Origin: a virus | Lineage: Duplodnaviria > Caudoviricetes | Length of the DNA: 64,000 nucleotides | Direction: 5' to 3' (one strand) | IMG/VR virus record: IMGVR_UViG_2898133256_000001 | Location: 1 to 64,000 of that record | Shown: positions 37,301 to 45,446 of the stretch, piece by piece | Layout: each line of letters begins with the position of its first letter | Position numbering within the stretch: the first letter of the stretch is position 1 | Position numbers and translations under genes: made by a program | The notes under the pieces: model-generated | Told to the model about the DNA's origin: nothing | Database searches by the model: none | What the model saw: only the letters and a program-made list of their open reading frames with translations

Positions 37301-38274
37301 ACGAGTACAAGGCGCTCTCCGCCGCGCAGAAGAAGCAGGCGGACGTGGCCATCGCGAAGCTGCGCGAGGCGGAGGTCGCGAAGGAACTCGCCAAGGCCGA
37401 GGAGAAGCGCGTCCAGGTGCTCCAGGAGCTGAACCGAGAGCTCGGGGACCCGGCGAGCTCGAAGTACATCGAAGCTCAGCAGGCCCTGCGCGCGGAGGTG
37501 GAAGCCCACCGCCTCCCGTTGGAGCAGTATGCCGAGTTGCTCTCCAAGGCGCGGGCACTGTGGACGCCGGAGGGGCGCGCGGAGGCCCAGCTTGCGAAGG
37601 AGCTGGAGCAGTTGGAGAAGCAGCTCAACCCGCTGGCCGACGCGCAGAAGCGGATGGAGGCCGTGCAGAAGCTCTTCGACAGCCAGCGCATCAGCGCGGC
37701 GGCGTACCGGAAGGAGGTGGCGAAGCTCCAGGAGCAGCTCTCCGCGGGGTTCGCGACGGCCCAGGAGTCCGTCTCCATCGCGGCCCAGCACATGGAGGAC
37801 GCCTTCGTCACCTTCGCCACCACCGGGCAGTTCAGCTTCCGGTCCATGGTCGACGGCATGCTGAAGGACCTGGCGCGCCTGCTGGCCCACAAGGCCTTCG
37901 TCGCGCTGGTGGACACGGCCACCACGGCGCTCGTCGGCGCGACGGCGTCACCGGCCGGCACCTCGGGCGGGGCCGCGCTGGGTGGGGCTGGGAAGCTGAG
38001 CCTGGGAAGTGGGGCACCCCAGGCTCCGAAGCTCTACGTGCCCAGCAAGGCGGACATCCTTCCGCCGGCTGGGGAGGGTGGGGAGCAGGTCACCGTCTCG
38101 GTGGTCAACCACTTCGGCCAGGACGGCTCGGTGACGTCGGAGGTGCAGTCGTCGGGCGGGAGGGCCGACGCCGAGCGCATGGCCCGCGGACTGAGCGTGG
38201 CCATCCGCAAGGCGCTCCTCGAGGAAATGCAGCCCGGCGGCTCCATCTACAATTTCACGGCGCGGCGGCGGTGA
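34381..38274 (+). CDS. Tail tape measure protein (TP901-like domain)
   Basis: 1297-aa Ala/Lys/Glu-rich helical protein; ALYEIMSAG, KLAIGGVTD, GGPIG. Confidence 0.95.
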   Translation: MSEGVDLAELSIRIDTSESAAGVQGLNDLTKASEKTETATKKVETASEQFQREMARMHKEVEANVRAFEEMRNKLKDLERVTALAKTFDAAAEAAKRFQKSMEDTKVLDAFNEKLKQLEGSAGRLTSAFGDTGTIHRFMNELNKASSAMSKMQDDMRAAKSIQEVAKAADLAKSPVEQLTKGLGGLAGNVMGMVAVGATFRSVTTEAMGFSTAMAQVSTLLEDDQLGMMGQLADSAKRLGAEFGRGPTDQAKALYEIMSAGAADAAKATEMLAVANKLAIGGVTDVSVAADGLTSIMASYGNQLRNATQAADAMFISAADGKTSIETIARHIGKVAPIASQTGVSLQELLAANAALTKAGIKTETAMEGVRSILAQVAKPSGEAAILAKELGIQFDTAGLKSKGLSGFLQDMKDKTGGSTELLAALVGGVEALLPAMTLSGTASADFAASLRHMETSAGKTETAFRKMAETPQMKVDQLRARFAALRIEVGEDLLGTISPAMDGLLRNFDEVTTAARYLGQAVAVIAAARVVSWGQEWTKALYEKAAAAKKAREAVVEAALTESLYKRVQGESRAESLKNAMAQLEKRQATLQTAAALELSMTASRKAAIESNLLAQAKVREAIAIEGATFATRAGSAALAAMGGPIGVVVIALGAAVTAFAEFGRAAEEAREKAMQHAQESAAAVGRGAQIVVDLMKQTKAMEGQTKAVDDQRKALELLVIAKEEVGALGGKYQDLLTSEVDTVGELRSVVRAVADEDLRVAQSEVARLSAAVKEKQNLIVSVNWRWAGRGKPFSEVRKDSRFAEQIEEKLVPLEKELAVHQQRAAEVQKALLSIEEAAREEAKLADKVAGAHGRVGAAATKSATEMIDAAKAKDAEAKKATAWLEKLEEDVRGIGKTKAGALNQSDEYKALTEEQKKLADAAIAKLQDAEATKKQAQARDELAKKSVNWLQRIEEEARAVGKAKAEALNLTDEYKALSAAQKKQADVAIAKLREAEVAKELAKAEEKRVQVLQELNRELGDPASSKYIEAQQALRAEVEAHRLPLEQYAELLSKARALWTPEGRAEAQLAKELEQLEKQLNPLADAQKRMEAVQKLFDSQRISAAAYRKEVAKLQEQLSAGFATAQESVSIAAQHMEDAFVTFATTGQFSFRSMVDGMLKDLARLLAHKAFVALVDTATTALVGATASPAGTSGGAALGGAGKLSLGSGAPQAPKLYVPSKADILPPAGEGGEQVTVSVVNHFGQDGSVTSEVQSSGGRADAERMARGLSVAIRKALLEEMQPGGSIYNFTARRR

Positions 38275-38305
38275 GCAGAGGGGACTCCAGGAGGTGCGAC
38301 GACGC

Positions 38306-38878
38306 TCACTCAGAGGCGCGTGATGCGCGCCGCAAAGCTTTCTCGTGCTGCTGCCGGGTGAGGTTGCGCCACATTTCTTGGAGCGATACGGCGGGGTCGA
38401 CTGGCGCGTATCCCGAGGAGAAGACGTGGAACTCCGACTCAAGTTGCGCAGCGAGCGGCTCCTCTAGAATTCGCCACTCCTGTTGGGCTCGGCGTAGCCC
38501 GTCGCGCCGCTCTTCCGCTTGGCGAATAGACATCGCATTCTGAGCAGGCTCTTGTGATTGCGACGACAGCTCGTTTTCGATTTCGGCAAGCTCGTACTTG
38601 GCGCTCTCTGGGGTGATGCGAGTCTCCCAGCGCCCGACGCCGCTCCTCCGGAGATGGTGGAGGCTGTGTGACTCCGTAGGGGGCCAATCGTTGACGTGGT
38701 AGCTGTAGAGCATCGTCATTTCGACGAAGTCGAACATCCAGGTGTCCACGAAGACGTCGTGGCGCCTCCAGTGTTCGACTCGGCGAAGGGCCAAGGAAGT
38801 TTCGGCACGGAGCCCCTGGTTCATTTTCCAGAACATCCAGCCGATGACTGCTGCGATGACGCCCCACTCGATGCTCAT
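38306..38878 (-). CDS. Hypothetical protein with N-terminal TM (moron)
   Basis: GAGG RBS; lower GC; antisense. Confidence 0.6.
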   Translation of the reverse strand: MSIEWGVIAAVIGWMFWKMNQGLRAETSLALRRVEHWRRHDVFVDTWMFDFVEMTMLYSYHVNDWPPTESHSLHHLRRSGVGRWETRITPESAKYELAEIENELSSQSQEPAQNAMSIRQAEERRDGLRRAQQEWRILEEPLAAQLESEFHVFSSGYAPVDPAVSLQEMWRNLTRQQHEKALRRASRASE

Positions 38879-39103
38879 CGCTCAACCTCTCTCGTCCGCC
38901 CCGGTAGGCGCGTCGCACGGGGCCATGAGCTTCCGCTACGAGAGAGAGCCGGTCAATCTGTGCGCACAGTGGCTTGACGTCCGGTTCCGTGACCGCGGGA
39001 TGGTCAGGCGGTGGCGGTGCCTGCAACTGGAAGCGAAGGCGTTCGGGGCGTGCCGTCCGGGCCTGGGAGGCCCGGCTCCGCTCGCCCGAGGCGGACGCGT
39101 GGG

Positions 39104-39772
39104 TCATTCAATGACTGGGAGACCCGTCCGAGCAGGGCGAGGCTCGAGGTCGAACTCGACGTTCGCTCGTGCCTTGCGGGTCGGGCACCGTCCATTGGTC
39201 TCGCCCACAGTCTCCAGGACGAGATGGCCCGCGACGCGCGTGGCGTCGTTCACCCACAGATCCATGGTCCCAGTCACCTCAAGGTGCATGTCGCCTGATT
39301 GATACGGGCCCTCGTAACAGAAGGAGCTGGCGAATGCGGACTGGACGGCTGGGCTGTGTCCCTGGCGAGGCGCGAAGGCGGTCTCGTGTGCGGCCCACCC
39401 CTCAGGCGCTTTTGCCAGTCCATCAATCACGAGGGTTGTGGGTCCTGTTCCGAGCAGCGCCGTGTCGACGTCGATGAGGAAGCAGAGCCCGGTATCGTCG
39501 TACATGTTCTTGCGAGAGCCGTCATCGTCGGCTCCGCAGACTTGGATTCTGCTGGCATTGGGTCGGGCGTCGCGTACAGGTGAAACAGCGGAGCCACCCT
39601 GGTTGTCGCTGAAGTGCCGCCACTCGCCGCCGTACTCCCCATCAATCGTGCCCAGCACTCCGAAGGGCGCGTTGTCTGGGCCGCAGCCCGTGAGCGACAG
39701 GAGTGCGAGGGAGTGGAGCAACGCGAGGTAGGAGGAGGGGACGCGGCTCGACGGCACGGAGGTCTGATTCAT
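39104..39772 (-). CDS. Lipoprotein moron
   Basis: LALLSLTGC lipobox, beta-rich Cys-containing body. Confidence 0.6.
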   Translation of the reverse strand: MNQTSVPSSRVPSSYLALLHSLALLSLTGCGPDNAPFGVLGTIDGEYGGEWRHFSDNQGGSAVSPVRDARPNASRIQVCGADDDGSRKNMYDDTGLCFLIDVDTALLGTGPTTLVIDGLAKAPEGWAAHETAFAPRQGHSPAVQSAFASSFCYEGPYQSGDMHLEVTGTMDLWVNDATRVAGHLVLETVGETNGRCPTRKARANVEFDLEPRPARTGLPVIE

Positions 39773-39813
39773 GGAGTCCGCGTGGCTGCATACCACGTGC
39801 CCGAAGCGCTCCG

Positions 39814-40290
39814 TCAGGCTTGCCCGGTGGACGCGAGCAGCAGCGGCACCTGCTCGGGCTCCTTCGGCACGGAGAGGTGCCCGTACTTCTTCGCGAACCA
39901 CGCCACCCCAGCGGGCGTCACCAGCGTCTGGGGGCGGGTGTGGGGCTCGTCCTGGCCGGGCTTCTGCCGGCGCAGCACACGCACCTGGTACACGAGACGG
40001 CCGTCCCGGATGAAGGACGCGAAGGGCACCCACGGACTGTCCTTGTCCTTCTTGAAGCACACCGCGTCCCGCTCCAGCCACTGGAAGAAGTCGCGGATGG
40101 GCAGGCGCAGGTGCCTGGCCGTATCCATGAGACTCATCAGCCGCGTGGTAGAGAGGAAGTCGTCGGCCAGCTTCACCGCGGGCGCCTGGGCCTCGAGCTG
40201 GCGCTGCTGCTCGCCGAACTGGGCGGCCGGCGCTCGTTCTCCTCCGCCATGTCCGCAGTGAGTTGGTCGAGGGCGGACTTCGGCTGGGCG
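39814..40290 (-). pseudogene. Phage antirepressor C-terminal (KilA-C/ANT) fragment
   Basis: QAPAVKLADDF..., FFQWL, QTLVTPAGVAWF; frameshift near 40225. Confidence 0.75.
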
Positions 40291-40345
40291 GAGGCGTCAA
40301 TAATCTGGCCTGGGGGCCGAGCAACCATGGGCGCTGAGGCTGTCA

Positions 40346-40581
40346 GTGCCGAGCAAGGCTGACATCCTCCCGCCGGCGGGGAGGGTGGGGGCGACGTCAC
40401 CGTCTCGGTGGTCAACCACTTCGGGCAGGACGGCTCGGTGACGTCGGAGGTGCAGTCGTCAGGCGGGAAGGGGGACGCGGAGAATCTCGCGCGCGGGATG
40501 GAGGCCATCGTCACGCGCGTCATCGTCCGGGAGATGCAGCCCGGGGGATATCTCTACAATTTCAGAGGGCGCAGAGGGTAG
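40346..40581 (+). repeat. Diverged second copy of tape-measure 3' end (cf. 38038-38274)
   Basis: VTVSVVNHFGQDGSVTSEVQSSGG...EMQPGG..YNF shared; 1-nt deletion near 40378. Confidence 0.92.
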
Positions 40582-40660
40582 AGCTGTGCCTGGAGTTGCG
40601 GGAAGTCGTAAAGACTAGGAAGGAACTTGTGCAATCAGTTGAATGGGGTGAGGCAAATGC

Positions 40661-41509
40661 CTACAGGGGCTCAAATGTCGCTGCCAGCGAAGTCGAGAAG
40701 ACGATGTCGGACAAGTCCGCTTTGCCAGTCGCCCCGAGCTGGAAATACAGCTCTCGGGGGGTTGTTGCGTTCGGCTGGCTGTTTTGTGAGCCGAGTCTTA
40801 CTGGGACAGTGAGAGTGGCCGATAAGCCACTGCTTTTGTTTAGCTCTTGATGAAGTGCGCTGTCTGCGCCCTTAGAGACCCAGTAGTGATTGTACTGCAC
40901 TCCTAGATAAAAGGAGGCTAGCCATACTGCAAGAGTGGCCTCGACTGTTCCGATTGCGAAGCTCGATTTTTCCAGCTTGCCTTGGGTAGATGACTGCTCT
41001 GGCTGCACAGTGTCGGCGGCCTGGTAGCCTCCTTGTCCTGCCACTCGAAAGTCGAGTCCAATCGATCCGTCGTTCGGGTCCGAGTTGACGGCCTCTGGGA
41101 ACCATGAAAAGCGTAGTCCAGCGTTTGCATTCCCAACTCCTGCGACCGACCGAATGCGCTTGGCTACTGTTTCAGGAGAGCCGGTATTTGGTTTTGGGTT
41201 TATGTCCAGGCGAAGCTGAAGGAGTAGCGATCTTGGCGAATTGGTATCGCCCATAAGATAGCGCTCGGACTGTGCTTGAACCCGGGGAAGTGGGCTTGCT
41301 CCGTCTCCGTCAAAGTTGAATGTAATGTTGGGAGCGAGGACAAGCGGCTTTAGTTTTCGAACCTCGCCGCGCAGTGGTCCATTGGCAGGATTGATCTCCT
41401 GAGGCCTTCGAAGCGAGATTGCCTGCTGCGCGTAGGAGGAAAATCCGATCGAGAGTAAGCCAGTCATTAGGAGTCGGTGAGTCACATTGATTCGAAATGG
41501 ACTTGGCAT
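40661..41509 (-). CDS. Secreted beta-strand-rich (possible outer-membrane) protein
   Basis: Signal-like N-terminus, alternating beta strands; low GC; 5 nt downstream of caspase. Confidence 0.6.
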   Translation of the reverse strand: MPSPFRINVTHRLLMTGLLSIGFSSYAQQAISLRRPQEINPANGPLRGEVRKLKPLVLAPNITFNFDGDGASPLPRVQAQSERYLMGDTNSPRSLLLQLRLDINPKPNTGSPETVAKRIRSVAGVGNANAGLRFSWFPEAVNSDPNDGSIGLDFRVAGQGGYQAADTVQPEQSSTQGKLEKSSFAIGTVEATLAVWLASFYLGVQYNHYWVSKGADSALHQELNKSSGLSATLTVPVRLGSQNSQPNATTPRELYFQLGATGKADLSDIVFSTSLAATFEPL

Positions 41510-41514
41510 GTTGA

Positions 41515-42372
41515 CTAGGTCCCGGGCGCGCGTTGGGTGTTGGTGCTGAGTGGTTGAGGTTGGGGTCGTGTTTGAGGCTGTGGCTGAGGTTGAGGTTCAG
41601 ACTTACGGAAGGAGAATGAGCCTTCCGTGAGTGAGTGTTGCACCCAGGGGCGTTGCGTCTTTTGGCTGGCTGTGAGGACCAATGTCGTGACTCGCCTGAA
41701 CATCATGTCAATGTCGTCGCCGTCGAATTTGTCGAGAGTTGCCAGTATCGCTGAGGCGAAAGGACTATTGGTGTTTGGCAATCCGTCGGAGGCGGCGTTG
41801 CCTGGTTGGGTGGAGAAGACGATGTATGCCCCGTCCACTCCGGCTTCAGGAACAAAGCCGACTCCTTCGCCTTGGCGGCTCGGGTCCGTGCGGCAAGCAT
41901 CGAATATCATGATGTTGAGGCCGGAGTAGTTTCTTTGGCTGAACTGAGACAAGAGTGACTGCAGGCTTGTTCGGCGGGGCCTGTTCGGGGTGTGATCAAT
42001 GCCAAGTAAATAGTTTATGCCGTTTGACTCGGCTCCATGCCCCGCGTAATGGAATAGTGCTGTGTCGTCGTTGGAGAGTATGTCGACGAAGGTTTCGACG
42101 GCGACGCCGATGTTGCCGCCGCGAAGGTCTTTGCAGATGGTGACTGCAAAGCCTCGGCGCTCAAGTGCTTCGGCCATTGAGTCGACATCGCGAGCAGGGT
42201 TGCTCAAGGCGGGCAGCGCCGCGTAGTTGGTGTTCCCGATCAAAAGCGCCTTCCGGGGCGAGCTAGTTTTAGAAGGCTTACATCCCGATGGGAATATATT
42301 CTTGTCTGTCTGGGCACTCGCTACGGTTGGGTGCATCCAAAAGAGCAATGCTGCAATGAGCGCGATTCGCAT
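41515..42372 (-). CDS. Secreted caspase-family (peptidase C14) protein
   Basis: Signal peptide; KALLIGN..Y, L.NP..D, YAGHG, DACR dyad; PQ-rich tail. Confidence 0.9.
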   Translation of the reverse strand: MRIALIAALLFWMHPTVASAQTDKNIFPSGCKPSKTSSPRKALLIGNTNYAALPALSNPARDVDSMAEALERRGFAVTICKDLRGGNIGVAVETFVDILSNDDTALFHYAGHGAESNGINYLLGIDHTPNRPRRTSLQSLLSQFSQRNYSGLNIMIFDACRTDPSRQGEGVGFVPEAGVDGAYIVFSTQPGNAASDGLPNTNSPFASAILATLDKFDGDDIDMMFRRVTTLVLTASQKTQRPWVQHSLTEGSFSFRKSEPQPQPQPQTRPQPQPLSTNTQRAPGT

Positions 42373-42573
42373 GGTCAGGCCCCCCGGCGTCCTTGCGTGT
42401 CGTGGTCACTTATATCATAGCGTTGAACTGATGGCATCATGGGTAGATTTTGCCCTGGTTCGAGGTGATCCCATTGTGTCCTGATTGTTGATGTGCAAAG
42501 CACTGGTTGTAGGGAGTCTTGGCTGCGTGGGGCATTCCCTCTCTCTCGGGCTCCAAATGTGCAATGTTTGGAG

Positions 42574-42988
42574 GAGGGTGGACTTCGGCTGGGCGAGCAA
42601 GGCGGCCACCGGGTCGGGCGGCTGGGGCTCCGGGACGACGGAGTATTTCCCCGTCTTCCGGATGGAGGGGACGACGTCGTGGGCCAGCCGGCGCTTGAAC
42701 TTCTCCGCGCGCTACACTCGTGAGCCGAAGGTGGCCCGGTACATGCCGGACTCGTTCACCACGGCCATTCGCAGGGTGCCGCCAGGGGTACGCACTTCCG
42801 CGTATCCCTTCTCGTCTGCGGCCAGCGAGCGCGTCATGTCGCTGGCAATGCGGTAACGAGCCGAGGGCCACGGCGATGTCGCCCGCGACGAACCACGGCT
42901 CGCCGGACTCGACGACGACGCGCACCGGGTGCTGCTCGAAGAGGAATGAGAGCGGCTCGACGGGGGAGGGTGGGTTGCAGACGGGCAT
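42574..42988 (-). pseudogene. Phage antirepressor N-terminal Bro-N fragment
   Basis: VRVV...GEPWFVA.DI..ALG, frameshift, VNESGMY, in-frame TAG at 42712, VVPSIRKTGKY. Confidence 0.85.
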
Positions 42989-43099
42989 GGCACCTCCAGG
43001 AAAGGCATCCCCTCCCCGGAGCCGTACACACCGGGAAGGGGGCGGCGCCACACGACTGGGGGGAACGTCGTGGGCGTCTTGTGGTGGGGCCTGGGAGGA

Positions 43100-43128
43100 A
43101 GCCTCCTGCACCGAGAGGACGGCGTCCG
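43100..43128 (-). promoter_or_regulatory. Phage promoter-like motif, copy upstream of antirepressor
   Basis: CGGACGCCGTCC-N10-GGAGGCT on minus strand. Confidence 0.5.
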
Positions 43129-43289
43129 TTGGACCAAGTTGCTCGGTTGGGGGCTATGCCGACACCAGAACGGAGGTCGTGTCGCGCAGCGATGGCGGCC
43201 TGAAGACGCAAGGGATCGCGTCGGTGCCGAAGCGCGGAAACACCTGATGCGCTAGGCTACCTACGTTGAACAACGGGGGATGTGCCGAG

Positions 43290-43742
43290 ATGGCCTTCGT
43301 GGGACACCTGTTCATCCTTGCCGCTCTTGGCGGGGGCCTTCTGCTGTTCTTGGTCCACCCTCGCTCGGTGACGTTCTTCGGCATAACCCTGTTCGTAGGA
43401 TTCCTCGGGAGTTCTGCCGGGCTTGCTGGGACCGTGATGGGGCTGCTGATTGGAGCCGTTCTCGGAGGGGCTGCAGCCGGTGCTGTTCATGGGGGCATCA
43501 GCATGATGTCCGGGATTGCACAAGGCCGTGCGCATCCTGAGAGTCTACAGGCCCTACGCCAACGGCACGAGAGACGCCGCGCGCGTCAGCAACAGCCTTC
43601 CCGTGTTGCGCCCGAGCCGGCGCCTCCAGCCCGCCCTGCTGGTCTGGGCCCCAGTCCGGCGCAGCTCCAGGCATACGCAGAAGAGGAACCGGAGAAGACG
43701 GTCGTTTGGCGACGGCCAAAGCCCCCTCCTCCGAAGAAGTAG
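43290..43742 (+). CDS. Hypothetical membrane protein
   Basis: Gly-rich hydrophobic N-half, Pro-rich C-half. Confidence 0.55.
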   Translation: MAFVGHLFILAALGGGLLLFLVHPRSVTFFGITLFVGFLGSSAGLAGTVMGLLIGAVLGGAAAGAVHGGISMMSGIAQGRAHPESLQALRQRHERRRARQQQPSRVAPEPAPPARPAGLGPSPAQLQAYAEEEPEKTVVWRRPKPPPPKK

Positions 43743-43811
43743 GAGGCCAAGACGCTGCGCTCAGAATGCTCCTTTCGGAGGTCGGCACACCTCCTGCTTT
43801 TCCCCTGGGCC

Positions 43812-44033
43812 ATGGACGACAGGGCTCGGCGGGAGGCGCTCGTTCAGCGTCTCGGGGAAGTGGAGAGGGAGCTGCAGCGGGCGGTGGCGGAGCGGGACGG
43901 GAGTCCGGCTGCGAGGATGCGGTACGCGCGGGCCCGTGCGGCGCACGAGTGGACGACACGGGAAGCCGTTGCCGTCCTCCGCGCTACCGTGCTGACGGAC
44001 TCGCCCCATGGCGCTGAAGGCGGGGTGGGGTAG
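43812..44033 (+). CDS. Small helical protein (DGSP family, paralog of 60708-60956)
   Basis: QRL.E.E....AV...DGSP.A....A.AR.......EA.AVL. Confidence 0.6.
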   Translation: MDDRARREALVQRLGEVERELQRAVAERDGSPAARMRYARARAAHEWTTREAVAVLRATVLTDSPHGAEGGVG

Positions 44034-44042
44034 AAGGCCGCC

Positions 44043-44369
44043 GTGCCACACGATAGAAGCAAGACGCGCCCTGAGCGGCGGAAGGCCCCTGCTGGCTCTA
44101 CTGTCCGGATTGACGGCCTCCACGTCTCCCGCGCCGCGTGGGCGCGCGTGGAGGCTCTCGTCGAGCAGATGAACCGGGCCGGTATTCCCCGGGCTCACCG
44201 CTCCGGTGCGCTGGACCTGCTCCTCGTCCACCCGGAGCTGGCCGCCCAGGTCCTCGCGGGTGGATGCACCGTCCACTGGTGCGCCACCTGCGCTGCGTGG
44301 CTGCCCGGAGTCCCGAACGAGGAGCATGCGGGGCATCAGGTTCAGGGCTTCGATGTGCCGTTCAACTAG
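44043..44369 (+). CDS. Hypothetical protein with C-terminal CxxC..H..H
   Basis: Follows previous ORF; WCATC...EHAGH. Confidence 0.55.
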   Translation: MPHDRSKTRPERRKAPAGSTVRIDGLHVSRAAWARVEALVEQMNRAGIPRAHRSGALDLLLVHPELAAQVLAGGCTVHWCATCAAWLPGVPNEEHAGHQVQGFDVPFN

Positions 44370-44703
44370 TCATGGGAAATGCCCTCCCATGGCCCAGGTG
44401 AACTGGCATCCGCGACGATTCGTCTGAAGCGGGGCTTGCTCAGGTCGAACTCGATCCAGTCGAACGTTATTGGATTGCTCCAGCGCTCGACTCCACGGAG
44501 AAAGCCATCGCCTGTGTCGGCGGTTGCTGTTTCAAGAAGGATATAGTGATTTGTAATTCCTGTTTTATTGGTCATGCACGAGCCCCTCCACTGGGGCTCA
44601 CCTAGATCTTGTTAGGAGTCGTTCCGAGGGACCTAAGCGCCTCTGTCTCTTGTTTTTGGCTTGGTCAGATGGGCTGCAACGAGGCCTCGCTTCGAAGTGC
44701 TGC

Positions 44704-44732
44704 CGGACCCCGTCCACCATGCCGGCGACGCT
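44704..44732 (+). promoter_or_regulatory. Phage promoter-like motif, copy before gpM
   Basis: CGGACCCCGTCC-N10-CGACGCT, 7 nt before ATG 44740. Confidence 0.6.
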
Positions 44733-44739
44733 GTTGGGC

Positions 44740-45327
44740 ATGGAGCGCTTCCCCCACGTGCCGGACTACGGCGCCCAGCAGCAGACTCAGCCGCGTGTCC
44801 TGAAGGCTCAGTTCGGTGACGGCTATGCCCAGCGCTCGGAGGACGGCATGCGTACTGTCCTCCCGCGCTGGGCTCTCCAGTTCAACGCCCGCCGGAAGGT
44901 GGATGCCGACGCCATCGAGGCCTTTCTCCAGGCCCGGAGGGGCGTGGAGCCCTTCGAGTTCGTCGTGCCGTCCAGCGCCTGGGACGTCACCGGCTTCCCG
45001 GTGGGCACCGGGGACGGGGTGCGCACGCAGTACCTCCTCGAGCGGCCCGTGTCTCCGGAGGTGCCCGACGAGCGGGTGCCGGCGACTGGCTGGACGGCAC
45101 CTCCGCAGGTGTACCGGAACGGGGTGCTCCTATCCGCGGGCGTGGACTACGTGCTCTCCAGCTCCGGACTTGTCACCTTCGCCGCTGCCCCAGTGCTTGG
45201 TGCGGCGCTCACCTTCACGGCCAAGGGCGAGCGTGTAGCGCGCGTCGTCTGCGAGAGCTGGTCGTCCACGGCGAAGGGCTTCAACTCGCACGACGTCAGC
45301 GCCGAGTTCCAGGAGGCGGTGGGGTAA
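44740..45327 (+). CDS. Lambda gpM-like distal tail protein with inserted domain
   Basis: PRVL..QFGDGYAQR..DG, I.AFL..R.G..PF, AEFQE; insert GTGDG...VYRNG...VTF. Confidence 0.85.
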   Translation: MERFPHVPDYGAQQQTQPRVLKAQFGDGYAQRSEDGMRTVLPRWALQFNARRKVDADAIEAFLQARRGVEPFEFVVPSSAWDVTGFPVGTGDGVRTQYLLERPVSPEVPDERVPATGWTAPPQVYRNGVLLSAGVDYVLSSSGLVTFAAAPVLGAALTFTAKGERVARVVCESWSSTAKGFNSHDVSAEFQEAVG

Positions 45328-45446
45328 GGCGTGTTCTTACCTGGGATCGCTAGCCGCCTCACTATTTCAATGGGTAATGTAAATATATAGCATTTGCCCT
45401 CGCCGGGGCGCGTAGCCACTAAGGGCATCACGGCCACGCGCGTAGC

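Noticed and set aside
38038-40581. TMP 3' duplication as a diversity-generating retroelement TR/VR pair
   Set aside because: Differences are not adenine-specific and no reverse transcriptase is visible in the window
44366-44575. Low-GC 69-aa minus-strand ORF
   Set aside because: Probably a moron remnant; nothing supports a function
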